DNA of 64,000 nt from Tubiluchus corallicola (lineage: Eukaryota > Animalia > Priapulida), in the NCBI GenBank assembly GCA_030141605.1, contig JAQGDQ010000100.1, positions 1 through 64,000 of the forward strand. Reading direction: 5' to 3'. Shown piece by piece: positions 53,181 through 64,000 of the stretch. The notes beneath the pieces were generated by a model. The model did no database searches. It was not told the origin of the DNA and worked only from the letters and a program-made list of their open reading frames with translations. Positions within the stretch are counted from its first letter, which is position 1. Each line of letters opens with the position of its first letter. Made by a program: the position numbers and the translations under genes.

Positions 53181-53484
53181 TGTATTTTCATTAAATTTAT
53201 GACAGAGTCATTAAAGTTTCTCTTTTATACTGCGCTGTATCCTGTAGTAGAAGTGTACGGAGTGATGCCTTACAAAAGTTGCATAATGAATGCAGCGGAA
53301 TTGTGACCCAAAGTTCAAATCTATGTTTGTTCACGAGTTTTCCCCATTTCATTCTCCGGGAAAATTTTTGCTTGATGCCTACTAATAAATGCCGTTTCAT
53401 TTTACAATATATATGTTATATATATATATGTTAACAATATATAGTAAATATTGACGACGGTCGTGGTAGGGAATATAGTAATGT

Positions 53485-53499
53485 TGATGATGATGATGG

Positions 53500-53592
<93 letters not shown>

Positions 53593-53612
53593 CGATGATG
53601 ATGACAATGACG
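53485..53612. repeat. (GAT)n microsatellite
   Basis: Directly visible; source of the poly-H/I/M ORFs. Confidence 0.97.
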
Positions 53613-54239
53613 TGGGCTACAATCACATGGGCTCGCATGCATTATACGTATGCATAATGTATAATACAATTATACATTATGCATATATGCATGTATTATA
53701 GTTGCAATCTGAGCTGCACGCTCTCAAGCATTGGAACTCAAGCTAAATGGTATGGCAGTTTTGAATAGTTTGAAGTGAGATCGTTTTATGGAGACCAAGC
53801 TGAGTGCTGAATCCAATTTCATTAGCGGAAGTACTGGAAGCCATTGGATAGACGTGCAAAACTTGCTCACTTGCATGGTACGGGACTGAACTGTAACTTG
53901 AAAAGTCGTTCTCACCACCGTTTCAAGACATTAAATGCTGTCAATAAAAAATGTCTGTGAAGAATAAATGGCAAAAAATGTCTGTAAGTGTCAGTACAGA
54001 CACAATAGGCAGCCTTAATTAATGTTAAGTAATGTTGTCATTGGGTTTAAGATATTTAGTCCACTCGACTGACCCGAGAACAGCTGGGTGTGGTTCAATG
54101 TGCATTCAAGGTACAATGTACCACCTGTTTTAGCCTGCCAAATCATGTCAAGTTCACAACTATGTTGAGTACAGCTTGTCATTAAAACGCAGTAAAAGAA
54201 AAAAATCAAGATGGCAGCTAACATGGACTCCACAGAGGA

Positions 54240-54640
54240 ACTGAAAGTTTAGCATTCGTGAATATCCAGGCCAAAAATATTTGAAGCGGTAGCAAAACGA
54301 CTTCACGGAGGAAACCATTGGTATTTAGGAAAAGCGACAAAAGATCCTGAGAGTTTCATAAACTAGAATTAAAAGAGGCTTAATGTTGTAATCAACCTAC
54401 GATGAGCAAGAGATTTCAGAGTTGGCGTCGAATTAGACTCGACAAAATTGTTAATACAATTTAGAAGTAACAGGTTGAGGTACCTACCCAGATGTGATGG
54501 TTTCTCATCAAAGATCAGAACATAAGTCAATGCCAAGCAATCAGATAAATCAGAAAGAGATGAAACGTCTATAGAGAGAGCTTTCAGCCAAAACAGCTTC
54601 TTTACGATGCGGGTTTCGAAACAGTTCAATGTAGCATATT
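54240..54640 (-). mobile_element. Degenerate LINE (CR1/Jockey-group) ORF2 C-terminal fragment
   Basis: LKSLAHRRLITTLSLF resembles L..L.HRR.VA.LSLFY. Confidence 0.5.
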
Positions 54641-55394
54641 CTTTTCTATACGAACGTGTAACAAACGTGATTAAATGTCAAATACTCTAATCTTATTATA
54701 TGTAGCTGCAACGTTGATTTTCTAATGTTCCAAGACGCCCTTGCATGGCATTGTTGTTTACCGTAGCATTTAGATTAAAGTGATACCACTAGCATCACCA
54801 TACTGAATGAATGCGACCTTTAATAGGGCTTCTGCGAAAAGCTGCGGTTTCCTAATTATCCCACTTATTCAAAACAGAATGACTAATGCTGTCTGGCACT
54901 AAACAAAATTCAGTCGCACAGCAAGCAAAACTGTATTGTGCTTAGGGTTTAAATGACGGAAATGAGGTAGTCTGGAGGGAATTCCTAATGGATGTTACCA
55001 TACATATGTTCCCGATGCCTCAATGACAGTAAGTGCCTGGTATTAAAGTGTAAATAAGCATTAAACGCTTTGTAAAGCGTAAAACGTCATTTATCGACAA
55101 GAAAGGAAAAGCGTTTTCTAAAGAAAGCTTATGGGCTTTACGGTGTTCCATATACTTTGCTAAAATTGTAAAACGAACTTCTTCTGGCTGGTTAGACTAC
55201 TCAACCTCTGCATAAACAGTTCTTCATTTCCTTCCATGGAAAGTAACCTCATAGCCAAATTATGCTGTCTATTAAACCATTACGCATCAAAATCGTAAAT
55301 TGTTTAGGAAATCAAAGCTGGTGTTTTTAAAGCTTCACACGGAATTAAGGTCACCATGATATCATTATCAGCGGCCCAAATCATTGGGGAGGGC

Positions 55395-55845
55395 AGAGAG
55401 GAGGGGACAGGGAGGAGAAAAGAAAGAAGGAGAGGAAAGGAGAGGAGAGAAAAGGAGAGAGGAGGAAGAAAACAGAAGAAATGAGAAGAGAAGAGAAGAG
55501 AAGAGAAGAGAAGAGAAGAGAAGAGAAGAGAAGAGAGGAGAGGAGAGGAGAGGAGAGGAGAGGAGAGGAGAGGAGAGGCGAGGCGAGGCGAGGCGAGGCG
55601 AGGCGAGGCGAGGCGAGGCGAGGCGAGGCGAGGCGAGGCGAGGCGAGGCGAGGCGAGGCGAGGCGAGGCGAGGCGAGGCGAGGCGAGAAGAGAAGAGAAG
55701 AGAAGAGAAGAGAAGAGAAGAGAAGAGAAGAGAAGAGAAGAGAAGAGAAGAGAAGAGAAGAGAAGAGAAGAGAAGAGAAGAGAAGAGAAGAGAAGAGAAG
55801 AGAAGAGAAGAGAAGAGAAGAGAAGAGAAGAAAAGAAAAGAGTAA
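55395..55845. repeat. Polypurine compound pentanucleotide satellite (AGAAG)n-(AGAGG)n-(CGAGG)n-(AGAAG)n
   Basis: Directly visible; explains the REEKR/RGEAR/SPRLA ORFs. Confidence 0.97.
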
Positions 55846-57599
55846 ACGATAAAAGAGAGGAAACAAGAAAAAGAGAGACAACATGCAAAGAGAGGGAAGG
55901 AGCGGAGGTGGGGAGAAGAAAAGAGTAAGGAATCGAATAGGGATAGATACATGAGCATCATCTAAAAGTCATGCTTCGTTCACCTAAAGATCTATGAAAT
56001 ATTATGACTTGTAATGCCTATTATGTTCAAATAAAAGAAAAAAGCACATCAAGTCACATATTCTGAATTACGAAATTATGTAGAGATGACCATAATTCAC
56101 CACATGAGTGTGGTGATCTAGCCAGTGTATTTCGTTTTGCAAAATGCAAATATGGAAAAAGTTACAATGACATATGCAGTTATTTTTCATTCATTGGCTT
56201 CCACTGCAGTTGACTGACAATCGTCACCGATCGACAGATTGTTAATTTTAAATTTGAATCGGAATTTGATTTTGTTTTCAATTTTTCGTCGTCGTTTATA
56301 CTTTCACCTGCCTTAGCGAAATTTATACAGATAACGAAAATTATTAGTGGTGATTCTGAGGCGCACATCTGCGCCCAAGCAATAAATCAAGACATTTACT
56401 GTATCAACTATAGCTTCTGTGTCAAACCCCAAAAGTAAAACTTCATTTGCGTCACAGCGACATTGCTTATTGTCTTATGCGCCCACGCCTCATACTACAG
56501 TCGATTTAACATTCTCTATGAAAAACTCTTGCAGCTAGGCTAAGGAAATGAGGAAACATTAATTAATTATTTGATGTGTGCTTTATATCGCGGCGTGAAG
56601 ATAATTACATTTAGCTTTGAACTTCGCTGTTATATTTTTTCTAATTTTATCAGTGATTTGTATTAAAATAGGAAAGTTTTTTGCTTGGAAACTCGCTCAT
56701 CTGTCGCCGAAGAATGAGCTCAATGCAGGCATGCAACTTTCGTCGCCTGCAACTCTATCACAAACTCTATCTCCAAATTTATGGAGATGTTCACGTACAA
56801 GATGATATTCACCCGAAAGGTTTCTAGCCGACCAAACGTAAAGAACTCGAATCGTTAATAATAAAATCCAACCAATTTTTTAAAATTATTTGGTGCTTTT
56901 TGTTAATGTAACCAGCCGTAAACGTTCTTTATAAAATTTTTAATCTTAGTTTTAAGATTGTTAGTTAACGATAAAACGAATTACGATTAATTATTTTCTT
57001 AAACCAAATCTGGCTGGAAAAAGTAAATATGAAGAGGGCTGAACATGGATTTGAGCCAACGATATTTGGTTTAGACCTACAGTGTTTACGGCCCTCTATG
57101 GATGCGTTGTCTTCCAATCTATAGGATAAGTCAAGTTTTTCGTCTAAGTTGTTTAAATTTTCCTATAGCTTAAATCTAGGCGTGAATAGCAGTTCATCAC
57201 AGCATGTTAAATAATCAACATTAAAAATTAATTATAATGCAAAAATATTGTATTGCTCGATTATGCAACATTTAGAATTTTGTTTGTGTTAATGAGTCAA
57301 ATTTCGGCAATAGATTATTTGTTTTACATTTTAAATTAAACAAATTCAGGCCTAATACTGTGCTCATAAAACGAACGTAAAACGGATTTTTCAAGTAAAT
57401 TATTTATTATAAGCAGCATAACTATGAAAAAATTTCACAATAAAGCAACAAAAAGCACTGTACGTAGATTTTCCAGTCCCATTCATTTTACTCGAACTTA
57501 TTGAACTATGTACGAAAACTTCGTACTTCCAATTTCCAATGGCTGCGGATAAGCCTTTATTACCTGATGTTTTAGTTTTTTGTGGAATTTTTATTGTAT

Positions 57600-57740
57600 T
57601 CTAATTGTATTCATTCTTATGGTCACAACTCATATGCTAAGCAAGGAGTAAATCTCTGGAACTCTTTACTAGTTGAAATTAAAAAAGCAGAATCATTAGC
57701 AAAATTCAAATACATTAATTAAAAACACACAATGGAAAGA
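57600..57740 (+). mobile_element. LINE (CR1/L2 group) 3'-end remnant
   Basis: GVNLWNSLLVEIKKAESLAKFK resembles G..LWN.L...IK...S...FK. Confidence 0.6.
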
Positions 57741-57882
57741 TTTGAATGTCCAACGCATCAAATTGATAATATTATCTCGAGGAAAATTTTATTTACCTGT
57801 AAATTCATTAAAAGCAAAGTTATTAGTTCTTGATTAAAATTATTGTAATACGTAGTAGTATTTGATGCTTCCTTGTAATACG

Positions 57883-58082
57883 TGTATGATATGTGTTTTG
57901 TTTGCATGTATATGATATGTATTGTCGTGTTTATGAACAGAAATAATTGTGACGTTCGAATGTCTAATTGTCATGTATGATATGTGTTTTGTTTGCATGT
58001 ATATGATATGTATTGTCGTGTTTATGAACAGAAATAATTGTAACGTTCGAATGTCTAATTATCATGTATGATTTGTGTTTTG
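57883..58082. repeat. Tandem duplication, unit about 91 bp, just over two copies
   Basis: TGTATGATATGTGTTTTGTTTGCATGTATATGATATGTATTGTCGTGTTTATGAACAGAAATAATTGT repeated. Confidence 0.92.
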
Positions 58083-59189
58083 TGCGTATGTCACGATAAG
58101 TATGTAATGTGTATAATAATAAGTGTATGGTATAAACTGTTTGATATGCGAATTGTTTGAATGATTGTATTTGTAAAAGTGTGTTTGTTTCTTAGAAAGG
58201 TACATTTTGTTGTAGTTTATGTATTTATTTTTTATTTTTTGTTAGTATTTTAATGTACCCTACTGCACTGGTAGTTTTAATGTTTTTGCACCAGCCTTCT
58301 AACCCATTCATTATAGGCAACACTAAATGATGCATCTCATTATAGTGTATGATATCATTGTTATGGCAAATAAAGATATCTATATGTATTATCATTAACA
58401 ATGGTTTCTTTGTTATCAAATTGCATTAATAACAAATTGCTTTTGTGCAAAACTGTAGTTATCTAACGTTAAACAGTGTTAAATATCTGATTCAAATTAT
58501 CGGTCACTATATCATGCACTTACCGTAGGAAACGCTGACAAATATCGTTACAAAACTCAACGTCAGTACATGTATATTTCTCATTTCTGTGGAAAATGAA
58601 ATAATGCCTATCTTCCAGTTTTCACAGTTTTCTCTTCGGCGTTTCCTGGCTTTTTTCCACTAAACACTGATAAACCGTATACATTCACCGAGAGCTGCTT
58701 TCTAAAGTTTATGAGCGACATCGTGCGCGCTGACGTCACGGCGATATCATCAGTAGGTGTGCAAATGCCGATGGATGCTGCAGTTGCAAAGCCAGTGACA
58801 GTGATTACCAATAAAATTATGCTTAAATTGAAGCCACTTTTTTTCTCTCAAGTTGTCAAAGAAGAAGAAATTGATATGCATTTTCTACAACCTACCCAGA
58901 TAACTTTGCTGGGTATTAGAGCAGCACTCATGTGTTTGTAGCACAATGGATAACCTAGTAATCTTTCGATTCTTCTCCAGAGATTGTAAGGCGATGTAGC
59001 ACGAAAGTATTTCAGTGTACCTTATGCAAACTCATTATACATGAGAAGCTAGGCCAGTCGTCAAAATTAGATGGCATTTGTTAGTGCGATAATAAAATTG
59101 TGCGTAAGCTTATTATTTTTCAGAGTTTTCGTGGGCACGTTGGTAAAGCGAATCAATTTTTGGTCAGGCAATATTTGTCAAAACAGTAA

Positions 59190-59440
59190 TACCTGTAGCA
59201 CCTAAAATGCAAACTAAGATCCTTGGTACTCTACAAAGGTTTTGCAGTTGCTGTTCCAAATGTTTGGAATAGTTTACCAGTCAATGTTCGAAATAATACA
59301 TCTTTGTCGGGGTTTTAAAAAAAACTTTAAAAACAAAGCTCAGTTGAATAATGTGAGAACTGTGGGTTGTCTGTTAAATTTAAATACGTGCTTGTTTATA
59401 ACCTATATAATCTATAAAAGCATTTGAATTTTTTGTTAAA
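59190..59440 (+). mobile_element. L2-like LINE 3'-end remnant
   Basis: FAVAVPNVWNSLPVNVRNNTSLSGF resembles FS.AAP.LWNSLP..IR...S...FK; TAAAAGCATTTGAA resembles an L2 3' UTR. Confidence 0.6.
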
Positions 59441-59707
59441 GTGATTTGTGGCTATAATTACACAGATCTGCTGCTTGAGTAATGTTATGTATTTTACCAC
59501 GCTTTTTTTCAGTATGTTGTAGCTTGTCGACTAAAATCATTCGCTGTTGGAACATGCAGTACGGTGATTAGAATATTTTTTAATTATTAGTTTAATTAAA
59601 TTTTAAGGTTACTCTGATATTACAATGTGCATTTAAATAAATCAGAATGAAATTTGTAAAGTGCAACTGGGTACGCTTTTTCGTGGCACTATAAATATTT
59701 TAAAAAT

Positions 59708-59880
<173 letters not shown>

Positions 59881-60599
59881 AAATTTTCCATTCATTAGAA
59901 ATAACCACCTCTATGAACTATATCAATAGCATCCCAAAGAAATGTATCTCTGAAAGCGTAAAGGAATAAAAAGAACCTTTAATGTATTTTTGGCGACCAA
60001 TCATAGAATGTAATCAGAAGAAATAGCACGTGTCGTTTTTTCATCAAGCATTTCGCCTTTCACAAATCATCAAGGGGGCTTATAAGTATTATTATGCTGG
60101 CTGTGACCCTTGTTAGTATTCGCAATAAATTTTCTGGACATGCTGCGACATCATTAGCTTGTCAGCTGACAAAAACTTGACTTATTAGAATAGTTGCCTG
60201 AACATTTCCGTGTTTGTGTATGACGTTCAGTTTCCAGTCAGGAAGAGTAGTGCGCTTTCAATATTTTTTATATAAAAAAGCTAATAATATTTATATAAAA
60301 CCTTCGAACAGATGGGTAACACTTATAAAGTCAACTTAATCAATATGTTTTGCATATTGTCATTCCAGAATCCATCACTGAACCGTTGGGCCTGCTACCA
60401 ATGTTAGTCACTTGTGGCAGAATTGGAATCTCCTCTTCACCTAGGATATTTAACGAAAGTATTATAACAGATGAAATTACCACTGACCAGTTTTCTTAGT
60501 GATTACCCACTCAGTTAATAACCATGTCCAGTGTTGCTTACTCCTTAATTACGCATATCCGTCGTTACGTCTTTGCATTGTGTAATTGCCCCACTTTGC

Positions 60600-61086
60600 T
60601 AGTGAGCATTTCGCCAGTGATACATTTTCGGCAGTTATTTCGTCAGTCTATTTGTCCGAAAGTCTACCTTTTCGTTAGTCTATCATTTCGCCAGACTATC
60701 TTTTCGCGAGTGCATCGTTTCGTCAGTCTAACTTTTTGCCAGCGTATCACTTCGCCAGTGTATTATTTCACTAATTTATCATTTCGCCAGTTGTAGTTAG
60801 AAATAGTGAAGTCAATTTTTAAATTTCGTCAGTGTCTAATTTTGCCACTCGTAATTAGAAGCAGTAAAGTAAGTATTTAAACTGCAGTACACTTCGCCAA
60901 TGCATCATTTCGCCAGTATATCATTTCGCCAGTTGTAGTTTGAAATAGTGCAGTAAGTACTGTAATTAAATAGTAGTTCACTTCGCTAGTGCGTTATTTC
61001 GCCTGTATATCATTTCGCCAGTTATAGTAAGAAATAGTTGAGTAAGTATTTAAATAGAAGTACACTTCGCCAGTGCATCTTAGCCA
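60600..61086. repeat. Degenerate tandem array with a CATTTCGCCAGT core (about 19-bp units plus longer composite units)
   Basis: About 18 TTTCG(C/T)CAG motifs; composite unit ...CAGTTGTAGTTAGAAATAGTGAAGTAAGT recurs near 60785, 60845, 60925 and 61015. Confidence 0.85.
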
Positions 61087-61416
61087 TGTGGAATTTTGCA
61101 TTGTCTTGTGTTGCGCGCATGCGCAAGAGAGATTAAAATAGGTTCAGCTGTGTTTTAGTTTTTATCCATTTTCTTATCCGTTATTCAAACACGTCTTCAC
61201 TATTCACATACGGCTTCCGAAACATTTTGTGCATTCAGTGGACTAAATTTCAATGGATTCACTAACTTCAGCACACGGGAAATTCATTGTCGTTGTTGGT
61301 TCTGCTTCATCCACGCACGCAGTAGCAGACGCCTGTATAGTGGCTGGTAGGTTTATCGATCATCTTCCTCGTCAATGCTTCAACTCGCTGTGTAATAGGT
61401 CCGTTGCACTGTAACA
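61087..61416 (+). mobile_element. Putative 5' LTR of the BEL/Pao element
   Basis: Begins TGT (61087) where the tandem array stops; ends ...GTAACA (61416), followed by PBS-like TTGGTACAGTAG and then the gag start ATGGAG (about 61433). The 3' LTR lies outside the window, so the left boundary is inferred. Confidence 0.6.
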
Positions 61417-64000
61417 TTGGTACAGTAGAACAATGGAGAATTTACTCGCTAAGAGAAAACGGGAAAGAACTGTGTTGACTTCGAGACTAAACTAAACGAG
61501 TTAAATTCGGCGTATCAAATGACGACTAATCAAGACGAACTTGCTTATTTAATTCACAAAGTGCAGATTCAGTTTGCGTCAGTAAAGACAGTGCACAATG
61601 ACTTTTAGAGTTTTTAATTGATGACCCAGACCGTGAGGCCGCTGAAAATGAAATGACAGAGCACGCTAAGTATGAGGAACAGGCAAACGCAATTTTGTTT
61701 AAAGCCAAAAGTCTACTTTCGCGGTTAGAGGCCCAAGACAGCTCAAGGCCCATTCAACAGCTACCTTTGCAGGAGAAAAAAGCAGCTGTAAAATCGCGTG
61801 GTCTATGTTTTAATTGCTTAGGGAAAACTCATCACGTCCATGACTGTCCGAGCGATATACGATGTCGGCATTGCAACAAGAAGCACCATTCTTGCTTGCA
61901 CAATTCTGAATCTTGGCCTGGAGCAACTTCGGGCAATTATCACAAAACTTCAAACACTTGCTTGATTCACTCCTTCGTTAAATACTACACGAGTTTCTCG
62001 TCAACAAATTACGACGATGGTTCATCTATGACGTTGAACAATTCATCGACGGTGCTACAGTCAGTGACTGTTTTCGTTAAAAGTCATAAAGGTGGTCGCG
62101 AGCATCCTGTGACTGCTAGTCTTGAGCCTCTAACCGCGAAAGTATACTTTTGGCTTTAAACAAAATTGTGTTTGCCTGTTCCTCATACTTAGCGTGCTCT
62201 GTCATTTCATTTTCAAGCGCATTCTTGGATACTGGTGCAGGAGAATCTTACATTACACGGGAGCTGGCTAGCAAGTTATACTTAGATTCTGTTGGCCAGA
62301 AGTTATTTGGTAATGAGTATTTTGGAGGTGGTAGATCCGTTCCAGTCATGCATCAGAGGAAAAGACTGAAATTACGTGTCGGCACAATACTCAATACTTA
62401 ATTTGGGAGGTCAGTTCTATTTGTTCACCTCTGCCAAATCATCATATAGACAAAAAAGATTGCCACCATTGCCTTTAGCTGATGAATATGATACTGATAC
62501 ACTTGCAATAGACATTTTGTTTGGCAGTGACATTTTTCATAATATTCTTACTGGAGGCCAACATTAGCAAACCACTATAGGTGTGACTCTTGTACCTACC
62601 ATATTCGGGTGGACCTTCATGGGACCACTTAAAACTGCTACAGCTAATCCACATTCTCTGGCTGCATTTCGTGTTCTTTGCTCTTCCACCATGGAGGAAA
62701 AATTGATTATAAGGTGGAGCAGCTTTGGGCATGATGAGAGCTTGATGGTAATTCTCTACACATTCCTGCCTTTAAAGATGGACGCCATGAAGTAAGCCTT
62801 CCAAGGAAATCAGCCGCTGGGCCATCTTGCAATCGGGAAGATGCTGTGGTGAGATTACGGTGCTATGACCACCTTTCTTGTGAAAAGAAACAAATCTACG
62901 AAGAAAGTCTTGAGAAGTGGCATCAAGATGGTGTGATCGAGCCAGCTTCTGGTATTGAGTCTGGTTATTTGCTTCCTCAAAGAGTTGTCTGGAAGGATTC
63001 CGGGATTCTTCCTATAGTTTTTGGTGGATCAGCAGTGTTTCCTAATGGACTTTCTATGAACCAGTGCTTAGATACAGGACCAAATCTTATTCAGAATCTC
63101 ACTAGTGTTCTGATCAATTTTAGATTGTACAAGATTGTAATCAGCTGTGACATACATGCTGCATTCTTACAAATATCCATTAAGGAGAGTGATCGAGACT
63201 ACCTCAAATTTTTGTGGTGGAGACGTGGAGAATTTGTCACGGAAAGTTTTGCTAGAGTTCCTATTACAGTCTGTTCTTCAGTATCATGTAAGAAACAATG
63301 AAGAAGAAATACTGATTCACCTGAGCATGTGCAGCAGCTCAGACATGACGTAGTTGAATTATTCTTGGCTGCAGGAATGGGATTCCATTAATGGAAATCT
63401 TCTTGTGAATTCACCAACAGTGCAGACTCTGACGAAAAATGGGATTCTGAACCAGGAAAACTACTTGGCATTAATTGGTCACCAACTGCAGATACTATTT
63501 GTTTTGATATAACATGTATTGTTAATGCACTTGTGTACCCTACGCATGATCTTTTGACTATATGTTCTATGGTATTTGACTCTTTAGGTCTTTTGTCACT
63601 TGTAATTAAACTGCGCATTCTTTTTCAGCTGTCTTGGCGAGCTAACCTTACTTGGGATGACCCATTGCCAGTTGAGATAAGAACTGCTGTGCAAAATACA
63701 CTGCATGATCTAAGTATGAGCTCTGATGTAAAGCGATATGTTCCTTGTGATTTGCCTGAGTTGCATGTATTTGCTGACGCCTCACCTCAGGCTTATGCAG
63801 CTGCTGTATATGTGAAGAATTCAGATAGGCTAGCTCTTCTTGTGGCTAAAGCAAAAGTAGCTCCTATAAAGCCTCTTTTGACATTGCCGTGTGACATTGA
63901 CAGTGGAGACATCGTGTTTTCACAAGTCAGCAGTTTTGGAAAAGATGGCTATCCTCCTACTTACCCACTTAATTCGTAAGTGGCATAATCCATGTGGTAG
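61087..64000 (+). mobile_element. BEL/Pao LTR retrotransposon, degenerate and internally deleted, truncated by the window end
   Basis: Gag knuckles CFNCLGKTHHVHDC..CRHCNKKHHSCLH; protease AFLDTGAGESYIT, IDILFGSD, TIFGWTFMG; RT SMNQCLDTGPNL..LINFR..CDIHAAFLQI..DRDYLKFLW; RNase H ELHVFADASPQAYAAAVY..AKAKVAPIK; multiple frameshifts and stops. Confidence 0.95.

Noticed and set aside
54963-54985. let-7-like TGAGGTAGT
   Set aside because: Match stops after 9 nt and no complementary arm is evident
57030-57110. tRNA-like segment on the minus strand (and a similar one near 3730-3800 on +)
   Set aside because: No complete cloverleaf; at best decayed tRNA-derived SINE heads

Overview
AT-rich, microsatellite- and transposon-rich genomic DNA from an animal, probably an invertebrate; the taxon cannot be fixed from the sequence. 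It is not prokaryotic, and most of the supplied six-frame ORFs are microsatellite artefacts. Three intron-containing genes can be assembled by hand. (1) A + strand EF-hand sarcoplasmic calcium-binding protein/calexcitin-like gene has 5 coding exons at 5195-11403; its first exon was not found. (2) A - strand gene at 13955-14311 has one coding exon encoding a 118-aa secreted precursor with a signal peptide, an RxxR site, a 6-Cys core and a poly-Asp tail. I cannot assign it to a named family, and it is the most novel-looking item. (3) A complete + strand fasciclin-1-like gene has 13 exons at 20848-40048 (681 aa: signal peptide, four FAS1 domains, GPI-type tail). The rest is decayed LINEs (L2, CR1-like, RTE-like), a probable Penelope relic, several MITE/foldback elements, tandem repeats and a rearranged BEL/Pao LTR retrotransposon running off the right end. 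I found no CRISPR array, rRNA or intact tRNA. All calls come from manual reading and translation; no database search was run.
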